NCBI RefSeq assembly: GCF_037042905.1
Contig: NC_087250.1
Location: 27,406,001-27,470,000 of the forward strand
From: Lytechinus pictus
Taxonomy: Eukaryota
DNA length: 64,000 bases
Reading direction: 5' to 3'
Positions within the stretch are counted from its first letter, which is position 1. Each line of letters opens with the position of its first letter. Under the pieces are notes generated by a model that was not told where the DNA came from, searched no databases, and was given only the letters and a program-made list of their open reading frames with translations. Shown here one piece after another: positions 25,544-38,074 of this stretch. Both the position numbers and the translations under genes were made by a program.

Positions 25544-28500
25544 CAGGCGCGGATCCAGGATTTCGTGGGGAGGGAGGGGGGTGGGGCAAATTTGACCTGA
25601 TTTTTGGCGCCCATATGTGTACTTTTCGAAAAATGGCGCCCACTCCCTCCCGGCCAGGCTAACTTAAGTGCCTAAAATGGATTTTGAATTATCTTATAAT
25701 CACATTAAAAAAAAACACCAAAGACCACTTTTTCATGTGTTCTTGAAAAAAAAATCCGTGAATATATAATGTAATATCAATGGGAGCGCGAAGCACGAGC
25801 GATTCTTTTTTTTTTTTGGGGGGGGGGGGGGGGTTCAATTTGGTTTAACTTCTAACCAGAGTAGGCCCTACTATAATATTGTGTGAATGGGAGCTGTAGT
25901 TTCTGTACTGTTGTGTTAGAATAACCTTCAATAATATTAATGATAACCTCTTGTGAATAATCTCGACGCAATCGACTAATTCTCCTCATCAGTGGCGTAT
26001 TTATTCAGCATGGGTGCACAGGGGGGGGGGGGTGGCGAGGGCACCAAGTTAAAAAAAATAAATGAAATGGGGGGGGGGGGGTAGACGTCAAAGAAAATCT
26101 GAGATTTCATTCTTAAAAACAAATCGAGGTATCTCACAAGGCCTAAATAAATAATAAGAACGCGAAGCGCGATCTGTTTTTTTTTTAATAGATTTTTCAT
26201 GTATTATATCCTGAAAGCCTAAGTCAGGGGCGGACCCAGCTTCCGCCAAAAGGGTGTGGGGCCATTTTTTCACCCATATTTTCCCCGATCGGCCGCTCAA
26301 AGTTTATTTTTTATTTGTTTCTTTGAAGGGGTTGTCCCAGTGCCGTATTGAGCCAACAATTTCGAGGGGGCTCGATATGGTGTATCGCATAAAATTAATA
26401 AGAAGTTGCCAGTGAGCGAAGCGAGCAAGCAAATATGCTAACATTTTTATTACAAAAATACAAGGTTGTGATAGATTTTGACATAATATTTGGAAAATAA
26501 TATTATATTTCATCCTAATCCCTTTCCCTTTCTCTCTATTTTTTCTTAGTCTTGATTCTCTCTTTTTTTTTTTTTTTTTTTTTTGGGGGGGGGGGCAAAA
26601 CGGCCATGCCCTAACAGTCATTTCCTAGCTTTACTTTATAAGCAACATAAATGTGTAATAATCTCTTAAGCCCTATCTAATCTAAAAATGAAATTTCATG
26701 TATTTTTGTCCGGAAAATTGAACATTTTGGGCAATGTTTGTGAACCTGAACAGGACGTGTATGTAACTAGATAATTACCACGAGCGCGAAGCGCGAGCAG
26801 AAATGTTAAATATTCATTCTGGCCTGGTCGAAAAGGGACCTGTTAAGGATGTTTTGCAGTTAGCCATTAAGACGATACATATTTCAACGATTAAATAATG
26901 CGAGCGCGAAGAGCGAGCTGAACATTTTTGATATTCCAACCTAAAAAGATGAAATTTCAAATCCCCCAATGGAACATTCGATTCATGTTTGTCAATCATG
27001 AAAAAGGATGGGTAATTTTTGGTATCTTCCTACAATAATAATGCGAGTGCAAAGCGCGAGCAGAAAATTTTTGATATTCTGATTCGAAACTGGATAATTT
27101 TAGCACGTTTTGAATAAGATCAAGCTTTGTATCTCAAAAACATGCGTGCGCGTGTTTTAGAGTTAGACATAATCCTAGCAATCAGGCTGAATACATTTCA
27201 TTTTTTTATCATAAAAATCAATAATGCGAGTGCAGAGCCCGAGCTGAAAATAATATTTGAAATTCCGATATGAAAAGGGTCAATTTAAGCACTGTTTACA
27301 GCACTGTGTATAGAGGGAAATTTGATAACACTATACAAATAATGCGAGCGCGAAGCGCGAGCTGATATTTTATTATTTATTTGACCTAGGATCGAGACAT
27401 TTTAGGCCTAAGGACATTTTGTCATCATATAAGAATGAGAACTATCTTCTATTTCTTTTCCTAAAACTTGTTGATATTTATTTCTGAAAAAGGGACAATT
27501 CAGTTATTATGAATTCATACCAATTTTATTTCATATTTATTAATCTGCTAAGCCTAATGAGTGTGTGAAATTTGCTGACAGTGCATGAGGCCTGAAAACT
27601 GGATATTTTAAGTATTTTTGTAATCATGAATAGGATTCATTGGTTGATACATTTTTAGCAAATAATGCGAGCGCAAATTGCGATCCGGATTTTTTTAATT
27701 GGGGGATTTAAGTAGTCTGTTATAGAATTAATATATAGGTATACATAACTCACCAATCAAAATACAAGCGCACAGCGCTAGCTCATAGGCCTTTATTATT
27801 ATTTTTTTTACAATCGAGACACCTGAAAAGGTATATTTAGAGAATCTTATATGAAATATAAAAAGACAATAGGTAGGCCTACTTGGCAAATAGTGCGAGC
27901 GCACAAAATGTTGCAGATTTTTATTCAAACCATAAAACGGACATTTTCCAGAGCACTTAAAAACATAAATTGGTAAATAAAACAAAATAATTAAAGATCG
28001 ATGTCCGAGCTGAATTATGTTTTGTATATTGATATCAAAACTTGATATTTTAAACTACATATCAACCTATTGAGCAAGATATGTATTTTCATCGAACAGG
28101 CAATGCGAGCGCGATGCGTGATCGAAACTTTAATATAGTGACTTTAAATATTTTTATAAATTGTTTTCCAAGTCTTCTCCTGACCTTATTTTATTCGCTC
28201 GTCTTCCTCCTTTTATGTTTCGTCTTCTTTTTCTTCTTTCTTTCCCCCTTTTTTTCTTTCCCCGTTTTTCACAATGTATTTGCTCTGTCAATAGGGGGGA
28301 GGTTGCCCTCGGGCCGTCTCGATCTGCCTATGTTAGTAGTTGTTATGATGAACACGATGCATATCTATTAAGAAATTAATGCGACCGCGAAGCGCTAGCT
28401 GAAAACTTTTATAATGATGAAATGAAAAATTCATTTTCAGTTGTCAGGTTAGAATATCAAATATTTTCAGCTTGTGCTTCTCGTTCGCATAAAAAACTGT

Positions 28501-30108
28501 AAGGTCGGGATGCGTATATAACTAAACAATTTATTGATGCCAGCGCGAAGCGCGAGCTCAATTTTTTATATACTGACTTAAGAAGGACTAAGGTATAATT
28601 CCTATTCTAATTGCTTGTCCTTTTTCTGTTTCTTACCCCTTTTTTGCGCCACCATGGGAAGGGGGGCAAAATCTTTGCCCCCTGGATCGGCCTATGTATG
28701 TTGACTTGAAAAACAGTAACACTTACATGTGGGATTGAAGCAGAGGATGCATACCTCATTAATCAAATATTGCGAGCGCCTAGCGCGAGCTGAATTTGAT
28801 AATAACCTTTTTTTTGTGACCATGAACAGGGTATCTATCTCGCTAAACAGACTTAAAACTCGAAAACATTGTTGTTTTTTTGTTATCGTAAAAACGGGAT
28901 ATTTCAATTCAGCCGCATTAATTTAAGTTTTTGGGGCAGGACATATATTTTACTATATACAGGCAATACGAGCAATGTTGCGCCCCCGGTCGAAAATGAA
29001 TTTGCATGAAGCCCTCTAAGTTCAAGGTCAATATGGCGCCCTCGGTTGAACATAAACTTGGCGCCCCCATGTAAAATATAACTTTGCCCTCCCTCCCCCT
29101 CTCTGAAACATGTATTTGTCGCATTATGGTCAAAATTCAAATTAGCGCTCCCCTAGTTCGAACATCAATTTGGTGCCCCGCTAGATCGAACATCAATTCA
29201 GCGCCCCATAGTTCGAACGTCATTTTGGCGCCATCAAATCGACGTCCAGGTCAACATCTCCCTCTTCCGTTTCCCATCTCCTTTTCTTTCTTTTTTCTTT
29301 CTCTTATCCTCATTCCCCTTCCTTCCTTTCTCTCTTTCTTTCCCCCTCGTCTTTTCCCCTTTTCTTCTCTTTTCCCCATCTTTTCTTTCCTCCTTTTCTT
29401 CTCTTTTTCTGTCTTTTCTTTTCCCCTTTTCCTTTCTCTTTTCTCCTTTCTTCCCCCCTTACTCTCTCTTTTTTTCTTCTTCTCTTTTCCTCTCTCTCTC
29501 TCTCTTTTCTTATCTTTCTTCCCATCTTCCTCTCTCTTTAAATATTATTCTCTTCCTTCCTCTTTTTCTTCTTCTTTTCCCCCTTTTCCTTACTCTTTTC
29601 TTTTCTTTTCTTTTCTTTTTTTTCCCTCTTCCACTTTTTTCTCTTTCCCCCTTTACTTCGCCCTTTTTCTTTTTATTTCCTTTCCCCCTTTTTTCTCTTT
29701 TAGTCTTTTTTTCTTCTCTCCCTCCCCTTCCTCCCTCTCTCTCTTTCTTCTCTTCTTTTCCCCTCTTTCTCTCTCTCTCTCTTTTTTCTTATCTTTCTTC
29801 CCATATTCCTCTCTATTTGAATATTCTTCTCTTCCTTCCTTTTTTCCCTTCTTTTTCCTCCTTTTCCTTTCTCCTTTCTTTTCTTCTCTTCCTTTTCCCT
29901 CCTCTTTTTTTCCTCTTCTTTCCCCTTTTCTTCTCCCTTTTTTTCTTTGTCTTTCCTTTCCCCCTTTTCTTCTCTTTTTTTCTTCTCTTCCTTTCTCCTT
30001 CTTACTCTCTTTTCTATTCTCTCCCTTTTCCCCTCTTCCCCCTCTTTTATGAGCTGGGGGGGGGGGGGGTGAGGTAGTTCCCCCTCGGCCCCCATGGATC
30101 CGAACCTG
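25544..30108. mobile_element. hAT-like composite element containing GCGAGCGCGAAGCGCGAGC arrays and a pyrimidine tract
   Basis: CAGGCGCGGATCC ... GGATCCGAACCTG; 8-bp flanks ATCGAACC / TTAGAACC (6/8); removing it rejoins the right arm of the MuDR-like host. Confidence 0.6.
29257..30050. repeat. ~790-bp polypyrimidine (C/T) tract with an internal duplication
   Basis: Nearly pure C/T; TTCTTATCTTTCTTCCCAT block at ~29507 and ~29786. Confidence 0.85.
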
Positions 30109-32092
30109 TTAGAACCCCATGGCCTCGTATCATTTGACCTTTGGACCTCTCGATGACATTTGATATATCTGATCATAATTTTACACACACTGCGGACTAT
30201 CGGACCCGCGGTCTATCGGACCCGCGGTCTATCGGGATGTCCCCGATGGATGTGTACTTGTAAGCTATTATCTCCTTTTGAACTTCATTGTTATATGCCT
30301 AATTTGTGCATGATAATAATCAGTTGTTCTGGACCAAAAACATGATCCTTGTACAAACTGATACCTAGTAGAAATAGCATCATGGGTGACGTACGGCAGA
30401 GAGCAGATATGAAGTTCTGTCTTGCAGCATTAGCATCACAAGAGATTCTGGCAGCTCGCAATGAACTGATGAAAGGTACTAATAATACGGGAATTCACCT
30501 TTGTTGGAGTTGATATATATATAATTTACTACATGTATATGACAGAAGCTGCAGCTCTAATGATGGCCTTCATTTCATCATCATCATCATCCCTCTGCTG
30601 TTTGGAAATGCTCTCAGATGATGCTAGCTGTGACATGAGAGTTAGACCTGTCCTATCCATTTTCAGAAGATTAAGCTAATAGTTTATAGTATTTATTATA
30701 GCATTGAGGTGAGTGGCCTATCGCTGGAGAGAAAAGACACGACAACCTTGATTTAGATATAATGATGCATTAAATGCTGCTACTTAAGATAAAAATCATT
30801 TCAAATTATATACTTGATTTCATTTATTTTTCAGTGCTTTTGGCAATGCATCGCAGTATACGAAAAAGTGTTATTTGGTTATCAACTTTTTTAACTTAAT
30901 TTCCACTGATATTTTGGAAAGGGCTCATTGACCTCTGACCCCTAAATACATTCTCCATGGCCTTCACTATTTCAGACCGAAATTATGAAACCTCCATGTT
31001 TTCATTACAAATTAGCCATGGTTATTAACATTATTCAGATATCATAAAATATGAACACAAAAGATATTGTTTTTGGTTATTTTTATATCATATAGATTAT
31101 ATATTTCCTCTGATCTATGATTTCAAGGGTGAAAGTTTATTCTTTATACTTATTTTAGTGACAAGTCTTTGGATTTTGGCACCAAGATCACCAACCTACG
31201 GTGTTTTATCTCAGAGATACCATTATTATTATCTAATGTTAAAAAGGACATTGACCTTTGTCCTTGAATTTTATGGGTGAATGTGCATTCTCGATGCTTA
31301 ATTTTATTTCATCTTCCTGTAAGAATATGCGTGTTTTGACACCAAGAACACCAACCTGCACCGTTTTATCTTAGAGATACAATTATATAATATGGTATAT
31401 GTAGTATAAAAGGTCATTTACCTTTGGCCTTAAATTTTATGCGTGAATGTGCATTCTAGGTACTTAATGTTATTCCATTTGATCTTCTGGTAAGAATCTG
31501 TGCATTTTGACACCATGATCACCAACCTGTGCTTTTTCATCGCAGGGATACCATTATACAGTATGGTATATAATGTAAATAGGTCATTGACCTTTGAAAA
31601 GCTTTGACCTTGAATTTTATTGGTGAATGTGCATTCTAGGTACTTAAGTTTATTTTATTTGATCTTCTTGTAAGAATCTGTACATTTTGACACCATGATC
31701 ACCAGCATGTACCTTATCATCTCAGAGATACCATTATACGGTATGGTATATAATGTAAAAAAGGTCATTGACCTTTTGAAAGGCTTTGACCTTGAATTTG
31801 ATAGGTGAATGTGCATTCTAGGTCATTAGTTTTATTCTATTTGATATTCTGGTAAGAATTTGTGCATTTTGACACCATTATCACCAACCTGCGCCTTTCC
31901 ATCTCAGAGATACCATTATACAGTATGTACGAAAAGGTCATTGACCTTTGACCTTGAAAAAAAGCACTTTCCCCAACCCGTATTCCTCCTAACTTTTTTT
32001 TGGTAAATGTTGACACCCATAACTACTCAAATCAGTCGAAAAACCATTTCCAATAATTTTATTCCAGATTGGCTCTTTTGGGGTCTAATTTA

Positions 32093-35000
32093 CCCAGGTA
32101 ACAAGCCAACGTTGGCTCCACGTTGGAAACTTGAAAGTCGTTGGACGTTGGAAAAACTTGATGGATTAACGTTGAATCGATGTTGGAAACTAGTTTGATG
32201 GAAAGATGATGGACAATCAACAATGACACGACGTTGGCAACGTTGGAAACTTGTTAGTTGGAGAGTTGTTGGACGGTCGACAATGTGACAACGTTGGAAA
32301 CACGTTTGATTGGATAGTTGTTGAACAGCCAGCAAAGGCACAACGTTGGCAACGTTGGAAACTAGTTCGCTGGAAAGTTGTTGAACAACCGACAATGGCA
32401 CAACGCTGACAAAGTTGGAAACTAGTTTGTTGGAGATTTGTTGGACGGTCGACAATGGCACAACGTTGGAAACTAGTAAGTTGGAGAGTTGTTGGACGGT
32501 CGACAATGTCACAACGTTGGAGACCCGTTTGATTGGATAGTTGTTGAACAGCCAGCAAAGGCACAACGTTGGCAACGTTGGAAACTAGTTCGCTGGAAAG
32601 TTGTTGAACAATCAACAATGACACGACGTTGGCAACGTTGGAAACTTGTTAGTTGGAGAGTTGTTGGACAGTCGACAATGGCACAACGATGGAAACATGT
32701 TTAATTGGATAGTTGCTGAACAGCCAACAATTACACAACGTTGGCAACGTTGGAAACCAGTTCGATGGAAAGTTGTTGATCAACCGACAATGAGACAACG
32801 TTGACAAAGTTGGAAACTAGTTTGTTGGAGATGTGTTGGACGGTCGACAATGGCAAAACGTTGGAAACTAGTAGGTTGGAGATTAGTTGGATAGTCGACG
32901 ATGACACAAGGTTGGCAACGTTGGAAACTAGTTCGATGGAAAGTTGTTGAACAACCAACTATGGCACAACGTTGTCAAAGCTAGAAACTAGTTCGATGGA
33001 GATTTGTTGGAAAGTCGACGATGGCACAACGTTGGAAACTGGTAAATTGGAGATTAGTTAGATAGTAGACCATGACACAACGTTGATAAAGCTGGAAACT
33101 AGTTAGATGGAAAGTTGTTGAACAACTGACACTGGCACAACGTTGTAAACTGGTAGGTTGGAGATCAGTAGGATAGTCGACGATGACACAACGTTGGCAA
33201 CGTTGGAAAGTTGTTGAACAACAGACAATGGCACAACATTGGAAACTAGTGTGTTGGAGATTTGTTGGACAGCCAACAACGTCACAACGTTGGAAACGTG
33301 TTTGATTGGATAGTTGTTGAACATCAGCCAACAAAGGCACAGCGTTGACTACGTCGGAAACTAGTGCGATGGAGAGTTGCTGAACAACCGACAACGGAAC
33401 AACGTTGAAAACTATTTTCTTAGAGATTTGTTAGACAGTCGACAATGGCACAACGTTGACAAAGTTGGAAACTAGTTTGATGGAGAGTTGTTGAACAACG
33501 GACAATGGCACAACGTGGACAGCGTAATTGGAATAGTTTATTGGAGAATTGTTAACAGTTAACATTGACACAATGTTGGAAACTATAGTTTGTTGGATAT
33601 TTATTTGACAGTCAACATGATATCCTGGCATATTATACACAGTGTTGAGAACATGAGAAACTGGTTCATTGGAGAATTGATATACAGACGACTACTCGCA
33701 TAATTTCCAATGGGGCCAAGGGGGGGGGGGTCGATCAAGTAAGTTTGCTTGTCTATCCTTGTCACCCTTGGTATCCCCTAGCAATAAGGGGAAAATAAAT
33801 CGAGAGAGAAGGAAAATAATGGGAAGGGAAAGAGGAACTAAAACTAAGGGGAAAACAAAAATAAAGATGGGGTAGAATAGAGAGGCTGCATGCACCGGGG
33901 GATGCAAATGTGTCGATTAAAGGACAAGTCCACCCCAACAAAAATTGATTTGAATAAAAAGAGAATAATCCAACAGGCATAACATTGAAAATTTCATCAA
34001 AATCGGATGTAAAATAATGAAGTTATGACATTTTAAAGTTTCGCTTAATTTCACAAAACAGTTATATGCACATCCTGGTCGGTATGCAAATGAGGAGACT
34101 GATGATGTCATCCACTCACTATTTCTTTTGTATTATATGAGATATGAAATATTCTAATTTTCTCCTCATTGTCAAGTGAAACAGTGATTAATTCCTCCCT
34201 GAACATGTGGAATTAGCATTGTTTAATACTTTATGGTTCAGTCAAGTCGGTCCCTATATGCAAGTCTGTAAAAAATTAAATATTTTATAATTCAAACAAT
34301 AAAAAACAAAAGAAATAGTGAGTGTTGATAGACATCATCGACTGACTCATTTACATGTCACTGAGTTGTGCATATCACTGTTTTGTGAAAAATAAGCGAA
34401 ACTTTAAAATGCCATAACTTTCTTATTTCACATCCGATTTTGGTGACATTTCCAGTGTTATGCTAGTTTGATTTTTCTCTGCTTATTCAAATCAATTTTT
34501 TGTTGGGGTGAACTTGTCCTTTAATATAGAAAATAAAGGAGAAAAACAAGAAAATAAATGTAGTTCAAGACCAGAATTTCCAGAAACGCCCTCGTCCTTT
34601 GCAGCTGGCTAGGCCTCTTACAGTAAGTACGAGATATATATAGGCCTACTGTCACGAAACTAGAAGAAATTGAAGAAGGAAATACAAGCATCAAAATGTG
34701 CCTATTTAAAAATACCATACTATTCTGATGCGCAGCGCAGAATTAGTCGCGACGTCGGACTCCTTCTAGTTCTATGTAGTCTGCTTCCTTCAATTTTGAA
34801 CTTGAAGAATCTGGCAGAATCTGGTTGGATATAGACAATTAAATTCCTGAATATCTAGTGATCTGGAACAGTACTTATAAGCTGCATATTTAGGACCTAC
34901 AATCTACAGTGGAATTTTCTTTGCACTTGCAGATAATCGGTAACTGCAACCGTTGATCCCCTCCGAAAGATCCCGGAGTCAGCTTCTGTGCGCGTACTGT

Positions 35001-37502
35001 CCGACGCTAGGATTTTCGTGTAAGTACTTAACAGTCACTGCTCAGTATATATATTATAACATATTACCTCGTACTTGTGTGAGTGACGAATACTAACCTC
35101 GCAATACGTGTGAGTGGAAACGAGTATGCGATACCAAGGGCAAGACAACAGTCATTGGGTGATTTCAATAATTTCAAGTACAGTGTTGAAATCTGGTGTT
35201 GGTGTTGTGACAACACCGTACTTGAATCAGGCTGGTGTTGAGATTGACCTCGGAAAATATTGTGTATTTCCGGCAGTTTGTGTTGAAGGCTGGTGTTGAT
35301 TGTCATCTGCTGAACCCAACACTGCACTGCGGCTGCATGGTGTTGATGATCTACGTGCAATTTCCCCATTCAGCGACACCGACCCCCAGGGATCGATTGG
35401 GAGAATCGTGATTTAAAGTTCAGTGTTGGTGTTGATAAACTGTAGCTCACGAACAGGGGGCGAACACGACAAACCATCTCCATAAAATTATCTTTTACAT
35501 TTAAGATGAGAGCAAATCATTAGAGTTTTAATACATTTCAATGAAAAATAATATTACGCTTGGTGTTGGAGCTCAGTTCAGCAGCCCTTCGCGTTCTCAA
35601 CACCGTACACCGTACTTGAAATAACCCAATGACTTGCTACCTGGCATTCCTGCCTTAGTTATTGTACGCTGCCTTGAATTGACCTGGTCGGTCCTGCCTG
35701 GACCGAGTGTTTTCCAACTGCAGTCAAACCTGTAGTTGCTACGTGAGGCATGCTTACACTTGACGCTGAAATATCATTTAAGAGTTATGGCATGAGCGAG
35801 ACTAGGCCATGGCCATGCATATTGAGATATCACTTGACTTCTATCTTAATCAAAAAGAGGCGCTCTTTAGTTACAGTAGGCAGTAGCTACGTTACTCTGA
35901 GTGAGGCCAAGTTACGCGACCTCCTGAGAGACTGCAATTACACATGTGAGTTTTTGTGATGATTACTGACGTTGCAATTGGCATTGCATACCAGGTCATT
36001 AAACAGTTGTAGACAGAAGCATAGATTGCAACTCGCAAGAAAATGTAATACATCTTAATTCTTATTACATATGCATATGTTTTTTTGGTATTAGTCTTGT
36101 TTGAGAAAAAGAGGATGTCAAAAAAGTTTGAATGCTACAAAGGCCTCAATAAATATCACACGTAATTCTCTTGATTCCTCTTAATTATGTGAAGAGACTT
36201 GTAAAAGAAAGAATGAAAAGAAATGAATAGCTGTAATAATAGTTGTAATGTTTTTTGACAGAATCATGAACAGGTTACAGATGATGATGGCACAGTGTTG
36301 AAAACTGTTTGATGGAGATGGCGCATCGTTGGATTTGTTTAAAATTAGACCAACAAAGAATCAACGTTACAATAACATTTAACCGATATTAGACAAACAT
36401 TGAATCAACGTTTACGCCAACATTGGACCAACATTAGACCAACGTTGGATCAACGTCACCCAACGTTGGACCAACATTGGACCAACGCTGCCATACCTGC
36501 GTCATCTGGACATAATGATTATGCACTCATGAATATTCATTACATCAGTAAATGACAAAAATTTTAGGTAATATTGCTATAATAATTAAAGTATTTATGT
36601 TTATTCAATATTTCCACCATGAAAAGTTTTAGAAAAGTATGTGGCTCCATTACCATATCATTTATAATCAAAACATATTATTCTAAGTGAAATTTTCAAG
36701 GTTAAGTGTGGAAAATGATATTAACTGTATTCTGCCAAGTATAGCAAAGTTGCTCTATATATAGGAGTCATGACAGGATTCAGTGGATAGGTGTAGGATG
36801 ATAGGAATAGGATTAGGATGTAGGATTTTAGGATAGGATAAGACATGATGTTAAAGATTAGAGTGTAGAGTTGTAATGGTGGACTTCACCTTGAAACCAA
36901 TTAATGTTTTGTTAATTACTGCCATACGTTGGAATAACGTTGGAGCAATGTTGGAGCAACGTTGTGACAACGTTGTAACAATGTTGGAGCAATGTTGCCA
37001 GACAACGTTGGAGCATTGTTGCTGGACAGCGTTGAACCAACGTTGTAAACATAGTTGGACTGACGATGTATGCACGTGCACGTCCATCGCTGATTCAACG
37101 TTGCCCATCAACGTTGCAGCAACGCTGTTATTGATGACTCAGCCGACATTATACCAACGTTGGAGCATTGATGGTGGACAACGTTGAACTGACGTTGGAA
37201 ATGTTGTTGGTCTGACGATGTATGGACGTGCACTTCTATCGATGATGCAACGTTGCTTACCAACGTTGTAGCAATGTTGTATTTGACTATTTAGCCAACA
37301 TTGGATCAACGTTGCCAGACAACGTTGGAACATTGTTGCTGGACAACGTTGAACTGACGTTGGAAATTTTGTTGGTCTGACGATGTATGCGCGTGCACTT
37401 CTATCGATGATGCAACGTTTGCCTGCCAACGTTGAGGCAACGTTGGGAAAAAAATTCCCAACGTTGATCCAACGTTGGTCCAACGCTGTATTGTTACCTG
37501 GG
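32093..37502. mobile_element. CMC/EnSpm-like non-autonomous element (5.4 kb) with subterminal arrays of palindromic CAACGTTG
   Basis: TA|CCCAGGTAACAA ... TTGTTACCTGGG|TA; dense CAACGTTG arrays at 32107-33590, 36350-36490 and 36925-37490. Confidence 0.85.
33921..34520. mobile_element. Kolobok-like TTAA MITE, 600 bp (same family as 643-1242)
   Basis: TTAA|AGGACAAGTCCACCCCAACA ... TGTTGGGGTGAACTTGTCCT|TTAA. Confidence 0.85.
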
Positions 37503-38074
37503 TAGGGATACTATTACGCAACGCACTGCGTAAGGCAGCTCTCGGAGACTATAAATAGCGGAGTTTCGCGGTGATCTCGTCACTTCGACGCGCTGGCAGA
37601 GGTCGGAGTCGGACGAAGAACTCCCTGAACTCCCTGCGCTCCTCTCCAACTGGGCTGAATCAAGAAAATGTTTGGAAATGAACATTGCTCGCTTAATTTC
37701 TACTACTGCAAATACAATTCTGGATAATTGGTGACGGTGTTAAAGGTGATAACATGTAAGAGATGCTGAATGTATAATTAAATTATGACCGTTGTCATAA
37801 ACCAAATGTAATCATCGTCTCCAACCTGTGTGATCTATGGAATCCGATTGACTTCTACAGTATAAGCCTTCCCATAGAGATTATACAGCTCCAATAGAAA
37901 TCCCCTGTAATTCTATATTTCACCTGTTCACACTACCTCTCAACACTCCACCCCCATATATTTTGGGAAAACGGAACACGCCCGGGTCTCTACATAACGC
38001 CATACGGAAACCGCTCGCATTAAGGATGGCTAGCAATTCATCAACAGATGAAGGTGATAGAGGCAAGGAACAGG

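Larger units (their letters stand above)
24363..30243. mobile_element. Mutator/MuDR-like foldback element with 16-bp CCGATAGACCGCGGGT terminal arrays
   Basis: 9-bp TSD CGATGGATG at 24354-24362 and 30244-30252; about 10 repeats on the left and about 3 inverted on the right; arms stay complementary through CCATGGGGTTCTA. Confidence 0.85.
22236..37513. mobile_element. Academ-like non-autonomous foldback DNA transposon with ~2-kb inverted arms, expanded to 15.3 kb by nested insertions
   Basis: TTA|TAGTATCCC ... GGGATACTA|TTA (3-bp TSD, TAG...CTA ends); left arm 22236-~24200 mirrors 30500-32092 plus 37505-37513; arms built from ~180-bp units containing CAAGGTCAAAGGTCAATGACC. Confidence 0.8.

Noticed and set aside
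29084..30188. 322-aa Phe/Ser/Leu-rich and 162-aa Lys/Glu/Arg-rich ORFs
   Set aside because: Artefacts of the C/T tract
32100..33640. CRISPR-like periodic array and several overlapping ORFs
   Set aside because: Spacers are themselves repetitive, there are no cas genes and the context is eukaryotic; these are subterminal repeats of element 32093-37502, and the ORFs follow from the repeat
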